Source of the DNA: Gammaproteobacteria bacterium
GTDB lineage: Bacteria; Pseudomonadota; Gammaproteobacteria; GCA-2400775
Reading direction: 5' to 3'
Assembly (NCBI GenBank): GCA_013151045.1
Contig: JAADIY010000007.1
Coordinates: 8,095 to 72,094, forward strand
Length of the DNA: 64,000 nucleotides
The first letter of the stretch is position 1. Each line of letters begins with the position of its first letter. Positions 32,204-41,179 of this stretch are shown here, in pieces. A program made the translations under genes and the position numbers. The notes beneath the pieces were generated by a model. The model searched no databases. It saw only the letters and a program-made list of their open reading frames with translations, and was not told the DNA's origin.

Positions 32204-33337
32204 CTATTTGGCGCTTGTCAAAGAGATATGGCTAGACCGACTCGCAAGATCATCAGAAAGATCATTGCTACCGAATTTAATCATTAAGCGTAAATCATTG
32301 GGTGAATCAGCATACTGCAAGGCGTCTTCTTCTGTCACAAGCCCTTCTCGATATAACTCGAATAAAGACTGTTCAAACGTACACATATCGTGCTGATCAG
32401 ATTTTTTCATGACTTCTTTAATTTCATCAAAACGGCCTGCCGCGATTAAATCAATCGCTAAAGCGCTATTTGTCAGTATTTCCAAAGCCAACACACGACC
32501 TTCACCATCCGCCGCGGGCACTAAACGTTGCGCGATAATCGCGCGCATATTGAGCGACATATCCATCAATATTTCGTCACGGCGATCACGTGGGAAAAAA
32601 TTAATAACACGCTCTAAAGCCTGAGAGCAATTAGCGGCATGCAGCGGCGCTAACGATAAATGACCGGTCTCGGCAAACGCTAAAGAATGATGCATCGTTG
32701 TGCGGTCTAATATCTCGCCAATCAAGATGACATCTGGCGCTTGGCGCAAAGAATTTTTCAGGGCACTCTCATAAGACTTGGTATCAATTCCCACCTCACG
32801 CTGCGTCACAACACAACCTGCCGGGTTATGGACAAATTCAATGGGGTCTTCTACGGTGACAATATGACCACTACCATGACGATTACGATGACCTACCATC
32901 GACGCCATGGTCGTTGACTTACCCACTCCGGTCGCGCCAACAACGAGAATCAAACCGCGCTTTTCCATTGCCATCTTTTCAAGAGATTGAGGTAAGCCCA
33001 AAGACTCAATAGTGGGAATATCAGTTTCAATACGGCGTATCACCATACCCGGCTGATATTGTTGCTGATACACATTGGCGCGGAAACGACCAATGCGGTC
33101 ACGAGAGATACCAAAATTCAGCTCGTAATCGCGCTCAAATTGCTCCTGCTGCTCTTGGTGCATGGCGCCATAGATCATCTCATGCGCGGCTTTTCCATCG
33201 ATCACATCGTCATCTATGGAATAAAGCACACCATCTACCTTAATTGACGGGCGTGAGCCAACGCTAATAAATAAATCAGACGCTTGCTCATCAACCATTA
33301 TCTGGAGATATTCGTCAAGTCTCATGAGATTACCCAA
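32204..33337 (-). CDS. pilU: type IV pilus retraction ATPase PilU
   Basis: 377 aa; Walker A GATGVGKST, LHAANCSQALERVINFFP closely matching PilU rather than PilT. Confidence 0.85.
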   Translation of the reverse strand: MGNLMRLDEYLQIMVDEQASDLFISVGSRPSIKVDGVLYSIDDDVIDGKAAHEMIYGAMHQEQQEQFERDYELNFGISRDRIGRFRANVYQQQYQPGMVIRRIETDIPTIESLGLPQSLEKMAMEKRGLILVVGATGVGKSTTMASMVGHRNRHGSGHIVTVEDPIEFVHNPAGCVVTQREVGIDTKSYESALKNSLRQAPDVILIGEILDRTTMHHSLAFAETGHLSLAPLHAANCSQALERVINFFPRDRRDEILMDMSLNMRAIIAQRLVPAADGEGRVLALEILTNSALAIDLIAAGRFDEIKEVMKKSDQHDMCTFEQSLFELYREGLVTEEDALQYADSPNDLRLMIKFGSNDLSDDLASRSSHISLTSAK

Positions 33338-33432
33338 CTATTTCCTAGACCAATTTCGAGTCTATTTTCTAATGTTTACAGCATAACAGCGTTTTCGCCA
33401 GAGCAGCCATCAAGTACACTGATAAAAACGAT

Positions 33433-34020
33433 ATGACTATGACTAGCAGCAAAACTTACCCAAATATGAACCCTTCGAGCTGGCTCGACGATTATGGCGA
33501 TGAGTTATATCGCTATGCCTTAGCCCGCTTGCGCGACAAATCTGCGGCCGAAGATGTCGTACAAGAAACGCTACTCGCTGCACTCAAAGCACAAGAGAAT
33601 TTCCGTGGTGATTCGGCTGTTAAAACATGGTTAATCGGCATCATGAAATTCAAGATCATCGATTTTTATCGTAAATCTGCTCGTGAAATCCAAAGTGAAA
33701 GCTTAGAACACACTTTATCCTCTTCTGAAGATAATGATTTTGACGAAAATGGCCGTTGGCTAACAGCGGTTAATAGCTGGTCTGACCCTGATTTAGCCTT
33801 GCATCAAGATCAGTTCTTTGCTGTCTATCAGAGTTGCATCGACGCCCTACCCGAAGATCAAGCAAAGCTATTTGTTCTCAACGAGACCAGTGATCTGAGC
33901 AGCGAAGAATTATGCAAGATAATAAATATCTCTACGACTAATAATCTCTGGGTAATTTTATCACGGACAAGGAAGCGCCTGAGAGACTGTATTGATAAAA
34001 ACTGGTTTAACGCGGAATAG
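33433..34020 (+). CDS. RNA polymerase sigma-70 factor, ECF subfamily
   Basis: 195 aa; region 2 (DVVQETLLAALKA...FKIIDFYRK) and region 4. Confidence 0.8.
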   Translation: MTMTSSKTYPNMNPSSWLDDYGDELYRYALARLRDKSAAEDVVQETLLAALKAQENFRGDSAVKTWLIGIMKFKIIDFYRKSAREIQSESLEHTLSSSEDNDFDENGRWLTAVNSWSDPDLALHQDQFFAVYQSCIDALPEDQAKLFVLNETSDLSSEELCKIINISTTNNLWVILSRTRKRLRDCIDKNWFNAE

Positions 34021-34022
34021 AT

Positions 34023-34274
34023 ATGCTGTCATGTAAGCAAGTATCTGAATTATCAGCTCGCGCAAAATGTGAAGGACTAAGTTTTAGCGATAGAATAAAG
34101 CTTAAGTACCATATGATGATGTGCAAGGGATGCCAAACCTATCATCAGCAAATTAACCTACTACAACAAGCCACTGCAAAACTATTCAACAAGCCCACGG
34201 GGGGCGATACACTCTGCAAAGAAGCCCGTGAGCGTATCAAACAAAACTTAAAATCCGACAAATCGAAAGACTAA
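34023..34274 (+). CDS. zinc-finger (zf-HC2 / ChrR-like) anti-sigma factor
   Basis: 83 aa; H-x3-C-x2-C motif (HMMMCKGCQTYH); 2 bp downstream of the ECF sigma gene. Confidence 0.6.
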   Translation: MLSCKQVSELSARAKCEGLSFSDRIKLKYHMMMCKGCQTYHQQINLLQQATAKLFNKPTGGDTLCKEARERIKQNLKSDKSKD

Positions 34275-34302
34275 AACTAACATTACGCTGCTATTTAAGC
34301 AG

Positions 34303-34338
34303 GCCATAAAAAACCCCACGTTTTACCGTGAGGTTTTT
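34303..34338. terminator. bidirectional terminator between anti-sigma gene and pntB
   Basis: aaaaaaCCCCACGttttacCGTGAGGttttt hairpin flanked by A-run and T-run. Confidence 0.5.
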
Positions 34339-34362
34339 CAAACAAACCCTTAAACGCTGAAC

Positions 34363-35742
34363 TTAAAGCTGTTTTACACTCTGCACAAGCTCATTAACCA
34401 TACTCTGCGCATCGCCATAAAGCATACGGGTATTATCTGCATAAAATAACTCGTTTTCGATACCGGCAAACCCCTTACCACGACCACGCTTAATCACTAA
34501 GACGTTACCAGAATAATCAACATCCAATATTGGCATACCATAAATGGGGCTAGCTGGGTTTGTCCGTGCTGCCGGATTAACCACATCGTTGGCACCAATA
34601 ACCAAGGTAACGTCCGTGCTTTGAAACTCAGCATTGATCTCTTCAAGATCAAATAACTTATCGTAAGGCACACCAGCCTCGGCTAATAGTACGTTCATAT
34701 GACCTGGCATACGTCCAGCAACAGGATGAATCGCAAACTTAACTTCAACATCGTTTTCTTCAAGCTGTTTAGCCAACTCATAGACTTTATGCTGCGCTTG
34801 CGCCATTGCCATGCCGTAACCCGTGACAATAATCACTTTATTGGCATAACCCATCATAATAGCGGCATCATTCGGCTCAATTTCTTTAAGTGAACCAGCA
34901 ACCTCGCCATCTTCACCTTCTTGCTCTGCACCAAAGGCACCAAACAATACATTCGACAACGGCCGGTTCATCGCTTTCGCCATCAACTGGGTCAGCAGAG
35001 TACCTGCAGCACCAACAACAGTACCGGCAACGATCATCGCGGCATTGCCTAACGCAAAACCTTCAAAGGCTACGGCCATGCCCGTTAGCGCGTTGAACAA
35101 AGAAATTACCACTGGCATATCAGCACCGCCGATAGGCAGTGTCATCATCACACCAAAAGCCAAGGCCGCAGCAAAGAAAATAACGATCATTATCGGCGCA
35201 TCAGTGAACAACAGTACAAACCCTGCAACAACCGCTATTGCTAACACAATAATGTTAATTTTCTGCTGGTTAGAAAACGTCATTGGACGCTCACTAATCA
35301 AACGCTGCAATTTAGCAAAGGCGACACAGCTACCACTGAATGCGACGGCACCAATCAAACCACCCACTACGGCTAAGAATACCAATACGCTGTTTGCAGA
35401 AATACCGGTCAACAGCTCGCCACGAAATAGCTCTACTGCGGCAATCGCTGCTGCGGCACCACCACCAAGGCCGTTATAAATAGCAACCATCTGCGGCATA
35501 TTGGTCATTTCAACTTTCTTCGCTGAAATCCATGCAGCACCACCACCAACAATGGTTGCCACTAAGATCAAACCAATATTATGTAAGCCTGGCGTAAAGA
35601 AGGTGACAATCACCGCTAAACCCATGGCGCCGCCAGCCCAAAGAATACCGTTGCGCGCTGTCTTCGGTGAAGACATCTGACGCAGGCCTAAAATAAACAA
35701 GAGTGCCGTGATGAAATACGCGGCTTGTATTACGTGTTCCAC
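34363..35742 (-). CDS. pntB: NAD(P) transhydrogenase subunit beta
   Basis: 459 aa polytopic membrane protein with C-terminal NADP(H)-binding domain (GYGMAMAQAQ). Confidence 0.95.
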   Translation of the reverse strand: MEHVIQAAYFITALLFILGLRQMSSPKTARNGILWAGGAMGLAVIVTFFTPGLHNIGLILVATIVGGGAAWISAKKVEMTNMPQMVAIYNGLGGGAAAAIAAVELFRGELLTGISANSVLVFLAVVGGLIGAVAFSGSCVAFAKLQRLISERPMTFSNQQKINIIVLAIAVVAGFVLLFTDAPIMIVIFFAAALAFGVMMTLPIGGADMPVVISLFNALTGMAVAFEGFALGNAAMIVAGTVVGAAGTLLTQLMAKAMNRPLSNVLFGAFGAEQEGEDGEVAGSLKEIEPNDAAIMMGYANKVIIVTGYGMAMAQAQHKVYELAKQLEENDVEVKFAIHPVAGRMPGHMNVLLAEAGVPYDKLFDLEEINAEFQSTDVTLVIGANDVVNPAARTNPASPIYGMPILDVDYSGNVLVIKRGRGKGFAGIENELFYADNTRMLYGDAQSMVNELVQSVKQL

Positions 35743-35744
35743 AG

Positions 35745-36038
35745 CTATTTCCTTTTTTTCTTTTCTTCGAACATCTCAAGCATACGCTCGGTCGCAACAT
35801 AACCACCCGCGGCATTGCCAGCAGCTAGAGCCACAGCAATAAAACCAATAACTTGTTGCAAACCTGTTTCTGCATGACCCAGCACAACCATCGCACCGAC
35901 TAAAACAATGCCATGAATAAAGTTGGAGCCGGCCATCAACGGCGTATGCAATATCACCGGTACGCGGTTAATGACTTCGTAACCGGCAAAGCCTGCCAAC
36001 ATGACAATAAAGAGTGCAGCCCAAACGCCTTCTATCAT
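35745..36038 (-). CDS. pntAB: NAD(P) transhydrogenase subunit alpha, part 2 (membrane)
   Basis: 97 aa, 3 TM helices, located between pntAA and pntB. Confidence 0.85.
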   Translation of the reverse strand: MIEGVWAALFIVMLAGFAGYEVINRVPVILHTPLMAGSNFIHGIVLVGAMVVLGHAETGLQQVIGFIAVALAAGNAAGGYVATERMLEMFEEKKKRK

Positions 36039-37189
36039 GAGTTTGCTCCCTCTGGATTTTTACTCAGTGCTGCTTTCACAGCCTCGTGTTTAATTTCACC
36101 ATCATGCGTCAACGCACTACCGGCAATCACTTCATCTTCCCAATCGAAGCTCAAATTACCGTCCTCGTTACTAAATAAGGTAATGAAGTTAAGCAAGTTC
36201 TTAGAATACATTTCGCTAGCATGTACCGCTAAGCTACTAGCAACCGCAACTGGCCCATGAACCAATACACCTTCGTGAATGATTGTTTCACCCGCTTTCG
36301 TTAATTCGCAGTTACCACCGCTCTCAGCAGCCAAATCAACAATAACCGCGCCTGGCTTCATAATAGATACCATCTCTTTCGAGATAAGCTTAGGTGCAGC
36401 ACGACCCGGTATTTGCGCTGTGGTAATCACCACATCTGCCTGCGAAACATGCTTATTGAGCATTGCTTGCTCTTTCACTTTCTCTTCTGCTGTCAGTTCA
36501 CGTGCATAACCACCCTCACCTTCAGCATCGAGCTCTAACGCTAGAAACTTGGCTCCCAGAGATTGCACTTGCTCACCCGCAGCGCGGCGTACATCGTAAG
36601 CTTCAACAATAGCGCCTAAACGACGAGCCGTAGCAATCGCCTGCAGGCCTGCAACACCCGCACCCATAATCAGCACCTTGGCAGGACGAATCGTGCCCGC
36701 CGCTGTGGTCAACATCGGGAAAAACCGATCACTCAACTGAGCGCCTATCAAAGCTGCGCGATAACCCACAATTGTCGCCTGCGAAGATAGCGAGTCAATC
36801 GACTGCGCGCGCGAAATACGCGGCACCAATTCCATAGCAAAAGCAGTGATTTTACGGTCACACAAGGCTTTTACATTGTCAGCATTGTTATAGGCATCCA
36901 TATAGCCCATTAACGCTGAGCCTTGTGGCATTAAATTGATCTCGGCCAACGTCGGCGGAGCCACCTTAAGCAGCAGATTCGCTTGCTCTAGAACATCGCT
37001 TGCACTATCAACCAACTTGGCGCCTGCCTCTTCATAAGCAAAATCAACAAAATGTGCAGCAGCGCCTGCGCCCTTTTCGACCAACACTTCATAGCCGTTT
37101 TTGACTAAACGCGCGACCACGTCAGGCACCAAAGCAACACGGCGCTCGCCCTCTGCCGTCTCGGCAAGGACTCCTAGTCTTACTGACAT
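36035..37189 (-). CDS. pntAA: NAD(P) transhydrogenase subunit alpha, part 1 (NAD(H)-binding dI)
   Basis: 384 aa; alanine-dehydrogenase-like Rossmann GAGVAGLQA. Confidence 0.9.
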   Translation of the reverse strand: MSVRLGVLAETAEGERRVALVPDVVARLVKNGYEVLVEKGAGAAAHFVDFAYEEAGAKLVDSASDVLEQANLLLKVAPPTLAEINLMPQGSALMGYMDAYNNADNVKALCDRKITAFAMELVPRISRAQSIDSLSSQATIVGYRAALIGAQLSDRFFPMLTTAAGTIRPAKVLIMGAGVAGLQAIATARRLGAIVEAYDVRRAAGEQVQSLGAKFLALELDAEGEGGYARELTAEEKVKEQAMLNKHVSQADVVITTAQIPGRAAPKLISKEMVSIMKPGAVIVDLAAESGGNCELTKAGETIIHEGVLVHGPVAVASSLAVHASEMYSKNLLNFITLFSNEDGNLSFDWEDEVIAGSALTHDGEIKHEAVKAALSKNPEGANS

Positions 37190-37330
37190 GTAAATGCCTC
37201 CTGGAAAATCAAACGTCTGAAAATGCCACCATGAGCACTCAGACTTCTATTAAATTCGTAAAGATAAAAAATGAAGATGTCTATATGGCCTAGCCAGTTC
37301 CCGCTGCCAAAGACCACCAGAGCTAAAAAG

Positions 37331-37376
37331 GCGTCTTTTGCGGAGTTCTCGGGGCTTGCCCCGAACAAAAGCACGC
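37331..37376. repeat. REP-like nested hairpin element
   Basis: GCGTCTTTTGcggagttctCGGGGcttgCCCCGaaCAAAAGCACGC: inner 5-bp GC stem inside an imperfect ~10-bp outer stem. Confidence 0.35.
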
Positions 37377-37636
37377 TATAATAGCCAAGCAACGGCGGCG
37401 CAGCAACTTTTGCTACTCGCAACCCAGCTTATCGTTCAACCATAACGCACTGGTAAGCCATCGCCTCGCACTGGAGTCAAAAGACCAATCACGATAATAT
37501 CGTCAGTAATTAAAACTTATTACGACTATGTGACACAGGTACAACAAGCTTCTTATAGCCTTGAACTACCATGTATCATGGGCTGACTCCCAGCACCGAC
37601 TGTATTTCAAGACCACTCGTATTCACTGAGGAAACA

Positions 37637-38602
37637 ATGCATCCTACCCTGCCACGACTCGAAAAAACTGATTTCCCTGCGCTTCGCCGTGGCACCCTTG
37701 AAACAGTACAAGTCAACGTCGGCTATCTGTGCAACCTAAGCTGTATCCACTGCCATGTTAACGCCGGGCCCGCTCGCAAAGAGATCATGACTCGAGATAC
37801 TGTCGACGAAATCCTCCAATACTTACAAGTCTGTGGCGCCAAAACGCTTGATCTGACAGGTGGCGCGCCTGAAATGAATCCTGATTTTCGCTACTTCGTC
37901 AAAGCTGCCCGCGACCTAGGTCTAGAAGTCATTGACCGCTGCAACCTGACTATATTGTCTGAACCAGGCTATGAAGGTACCGCTGAGTTTTTGGCTGAAA
38001 ATGGCGTCACCGTCGTTGCCTCACTGCCTTGCTACTCAGAAGACAATGTCGACGCACAACGTGGCGATGGTGTGTTTGATGGCAGCATCAAGGGCTTACA
38101 GATGCTCAACGCACTAGGTTATGGCCAAACCGATGGCGACTTAGTTCTCGATCTTGTCTACAACCCACAAGGCGCGACACTGCCGCCATCACAAAAAGAA
38201 TTAGCAGCAAATTATCATCACTATCTTAAGGCACAATTCGGCGTGGTGTTCAATCAACTCTATACTGTCGCCAATATGCCTATTAAACGTTTTGGTAGCA
38301 TGCTAATTTCTAACGGCACGTTTGACGGCTATATGGATTTGCTGCGCTCAGCACATAACAGTGATAACGTCTCTTCTGTCATGTGCCGTAGCTTGATCAG
38401 CGTTGACTGGAAGGGCTATGTCTATGATTGTGATTTCAATCAAATGCTTGATTTACCCTTAGCAAATGAAACCAAGCGCGCACATATCTCGGACTTAATA
38501 GATACAGACCTAAAAGGTCAAAACATAATTGTAAAAAACCACTGCTACGGATGTACTGCTGGACAAGGCAGTAGCTGTGGTGGTGCTCTTGATGCCGCGT
38601 AA
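37637..38602 (+). CDS. arsS: radical SAM / Cys-rich 'selenodomain' protein (ArsS-like, TIGR04167-type)
   Basis: CNLSCIHC (C-x3-C-x2-C) radical SAM motif near the N-terminus; C-terminal CYGCTAGQGSSCGG Cys-rich tail; start chosen at ATG with GAGGAAA RBS (alternative upstream ATG at 37571). Confidence 0.75.
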   Translation: MHPTLPRLEKTDFPALRRGTLETVQVNVGYLCNLSCIHCHVNAGPARKEIMTRDTVDEILQYLQVCGAKTLDLTGGAPEMNPDFRYFVKAARDLGLEVIDRCNLTILSEPGYEGTAEFLAENGVTVVASLPCYSEDNVDAQRGDGVFDGSIKGLQMLNALGYGQTDGDLVLDLVYNPQGATLPPSQKELAANYHHYLKAQFGVVFNQLYTVANMPIKRFGSMLISNGTFDGYMDLLRSAHNSDNVSSVMCRSLISVDWKGYVYDCDFNQMLDLPLANETKRAHISDLIDTDLKGQNIIVKNHCYGCTAGQGSSCGGALDAA

Positions 38603-38650
38603 TTTAATCACTTAACATTAATACAGTTAATAGACTTTGGAGCTTAAATC

Positions 38651-39724
38651 ATGAATATGCAGTCTGCCGTTCTTTCAACCTATTCTGACGGTGCAAAAGA
38701 GGTTCAAGCCGAACTTTGTTGTCCTGTAGATTACGACACCAGCTTGCTAAAAATGTTGCCACAAGAAATTATTGAAAAAGACTATGGTTGCGGCGACCCC
38801 TCGCGCTATGTCCGTGAAGGTGACACGGTTGTCGATCTAGGCAGTGGCGGCGGAAAAATCTGCTATATGGCTGCACATCTCGCTGGCGAAAACGGAGAAA
38901 TCATCGGCGTCGATATGAACGATGACATGCTTGGTCTCGCACGTAAATACCAAAGCGAAATGGCTAAAAAAATTGGTGGTGACCGCGTCCGTTTTGTTAA
39001 AGGGCATATCCAAGATCTCGCTTTAGATCTCGAAGCGCTCGACAAATACTTGACTGCAAACCCAGTCAACAACGCTGATGCTTATCACGATTTAATCGCA
39101 TGGAAATCAAAGCAGCGTAATGAAGCACCATTAATCGCTGACAACTCTGTTGACCTTGTTATCTCCAACTGTGTACTCAACCTTGTTAGTGATGCTGAAA
39201 AAATACAGCTCATCAATGAAATCTTTCGCGTACTCAAACCTGGCGGCCGTGTCGCAATTTCAGATATCGTTAGCGATGAATATGTGCCCGACCACTTAAA
39301 AGCTGATCCAAAGTTGTGGAGTGGTTGCATCTCAGGCGCCTTCCAAGAACAAGAATTTGCCGACGCCTTTATCGACGCTGGTTTCGTTGGAGCTTGCTAT
39401 GACAAATGGGATACTGCGCCATGGCAAACTGTCGAAGGCATTGAATTTCGTTCGGTCACGCTGACCGCGAGCAAGCCACTGGTTAGTAATGATGACACCG
39501 TGCACGAAGTAATCTATCAAGGCCCATTTGCTGAAATTTGCGATGACTACGGCAACATTTTTGTCCGCGGTGAAAAAACGCCTGTTGATGCAGAAAGTTG
39601 CGCAGCATTATTCAGTGGCGCTTACCAAAACTTATTCACCGACTGTAACGTGCCCTTGGGCTACAGTGCAGAAAGTAGCGGATGCTGTGCTCCTGCTGCA
39701 AATGAAAAGAGTAGCTGCTGTTAG
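38651..39724 (+). CDS. arsM: ArsM-like SAM-dependent (arsenite) methyltransferase
   Basis: SAM motif VVDLGSGGG; Cys pattern matching the ArsM catalytic cysteines (ELCCPVDYD, SNCVLNLV, WSGCISGA); C-terminal Cys-rich tail SSGCCAPAANEKSSCC. Confidence 0.75.
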   Translation: MNMQSAVLSTYSDGAKEVQAELCCPVDYDTSLLKMLPQEIIEKDYGCGDPSRYVREGDTVVDLGSGGGKICYMAAHLAGENGEIIGVDMNDDMLGLARKYQSEMAKKIGGDRVRFVKGHIQDLALDLEALDKYLTANPVNNADAYHDLIAWKSKQRNEAPLIADNSVDLVISNCVLNLVSDAEKIQLINEIFRVLKPGGRVAISDIVSDEYVPDHLKADPKLWSGCISGAFQEQEFADAFIDAGFVGACYDKWDTAPWQTVEGIEFRSVTLTASKPLVSNDDTVHEVIYQGPFAEICDDYGNIFVRGEKTPVDAESCAALFSGAYQNLFTDCNVPLGYSAESSGCCAPAANEKSSCC

Positions 39725-39759
39725 ACCGTAGCTAACCAAACTCTGTTATTAAACCCATC

Positions 39760-40437
39760 GTGCGTATCGCTGTTATTGTCCCGTGCTTAGACGAGGCAAG
39801 GCATATCGTCTCGATGCTTTCGCGCTTACAATACTTACGCCAAAATGGCCATCAACTCATCGTTGTTGATGGCCAGAGCACTGATGAAAGCGTTGCTCTA
39901 GCAACGCCACTAGCTGACGATGTTGTCAGCCATCAACGCGGTAGAGCGCTACAACTGAATCATGGCGCGCAAATCACCAATGCCGATATCTTGCTGTTCC
40001 TACACGCTGACACTCAACTGCCCGACAATGCTGACACACTGATTATTGAACAACTGGCAAAGTCAAAACGTCAATGGGGACGGTTTAACGTACGCCTAAG
40101 CGGCAAACACTATTGGCTACGAGTCATCGAATTTATGATGAACACACGTTCGCGCTGGAGCGGTATTGCCACAGGCGATCAGGCTATTTTCGTTGATCGC
40201 GAATTATTCAAAAAAGTTGGTGGCTTCCCGGAAATTTCGCTCATGGAAGACATTTGTCTTTGCAAACACCTTAAACCTTATTCAAAACCGCTTTGCTTAA
40301 GTGAGCCTGTCATCACATCGAGCAGACGCTGGGAAGAAAAAGGCATATGGCGAACCATATTATTAATGTGGCGTCTACGTCTCGCCTACTTCCTTGGTAT
40401 CGACACTAAGCAACTCAAACGTCAATACGACAATTAG
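39760..40437 (+). CDS. GT2-like transferase, rSAM/selenodomain-associated family (transferase 2)
   Basis: 225 aa; GT-A N-terminus IAVIVPCLDEA...VVDGQSTDES, DxD-like LHADT; position after arsS-arsM. Confidence 0.65.
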   Translation: MRIAVIVPCLDEARHIVSMLSRLQYLRQNGHQLIVVDGQSTDESVALATPLADDVVSHQRGRALQLNHGAQITNADILLFLHADTQLPDNADTLIIEQLAKSKRQWGRFNVRLSGKHYWLRVIEFMMNTRSRWSGIATGDQAIFVDRELFKKVGGFPEISLMEDICLCKHLKPYSKPLCLSEPVITSSRRWEEKGIWRTILLMWRLRLAYFLGIDTKQLKRQYDN

Positions 40438-40455
40438 AACTCTTTAAAAAACTCT

Positions 40456-41115
40456 ATGGTAGCGCCAACAACAAACGATTCAACATCGAATGAAGCCACT
40501 ATTATTGTTTTTGCTAAAGCACCCGAACCCGGCAAAGTTAAAACACGATTGACGAGTAAACTGACACCAGAACAAGCCGCGACATTGCATCAACAGCTGG
40601 CACTACGCACCATTGCGATGACGACACTGTCAACCGTAGCCAAAGTAGAGTTATGGTGCGCACCCAATACAACACACAGTTTCTTTACACACTGCATGCA
40701 AAATTACCCTCTAACACTGCATCAACAAGTTGGCGATAACCTAGGACAGCGCATGCATAACGCCATCAGTAATGTTCTAACGCGAAGCAAACACTGCCTA
40801 ATCATTGGTACAGATTGCCCGCAACTAACTCTGCCACACCTAGACAATACATTTTCACTATTAAGCAGCGAAAATGATTGCGTCATCACCCCCGCTACTG
40901 ACGGTGGCTATGTCATGCTCGGACTCAAGCAATGCGATGAAAAACTATTTGATAATATCGAATGGGGCACTGGGTCTGTCTATGAAACAACACTAACACG
41001 ATTGCAATCACTTTCTTGGCGCTGGCTACCACAACCCGCATTAAACGATATTGATCGCCCTAGCGACTTGCATCTACTACAAAACATTGATTTACCTACA
41101 CCTATTTCCTTTTAG
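40456..41115 (+). CDS. DUF2064 / CofC-like nucleotidyltransferase-fold transferase, rSAM/selenodomain-associated family (transferase 1)
   Basis: 219 aa; IIVFAKAPEPGKVKTRL N-terminal motif typical of DUF2064/MobA-like fold. Confidence 0.65.
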   Translation: MVAPTTNDSTSNEATIIVFAKAPEPGKVKTRLTSKLTPEQAATLHQQLALRTIAMTTLSTVAKVELWCAPNTTHSFFTHCMQNYPLTLHQQVGDNLGQRMHNAISNVLTRSKHCLIIGTDCPQLTLPHLDNTFSLLSSENDCVITPATDGGYVMLGLKQCDEKLFDNIEWGTGSVYETTLTRLQSLSWRWLPQPALNDIDRPSDLHLLQNIDLPTPISF

Positions 41116-41179
41116 CTTATATTTGCACTAAGCACTGCTTGATTTCTTTCAACAATCGACTATAGTAGCCACCTCAAGT

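Noticed and set aside
37180-37422. 80-aa ORF antisense and upstream of pntAA
   Set aside because: It overlaps the pntAA start and the REP-like hairpin. No RBS and atypical composition.
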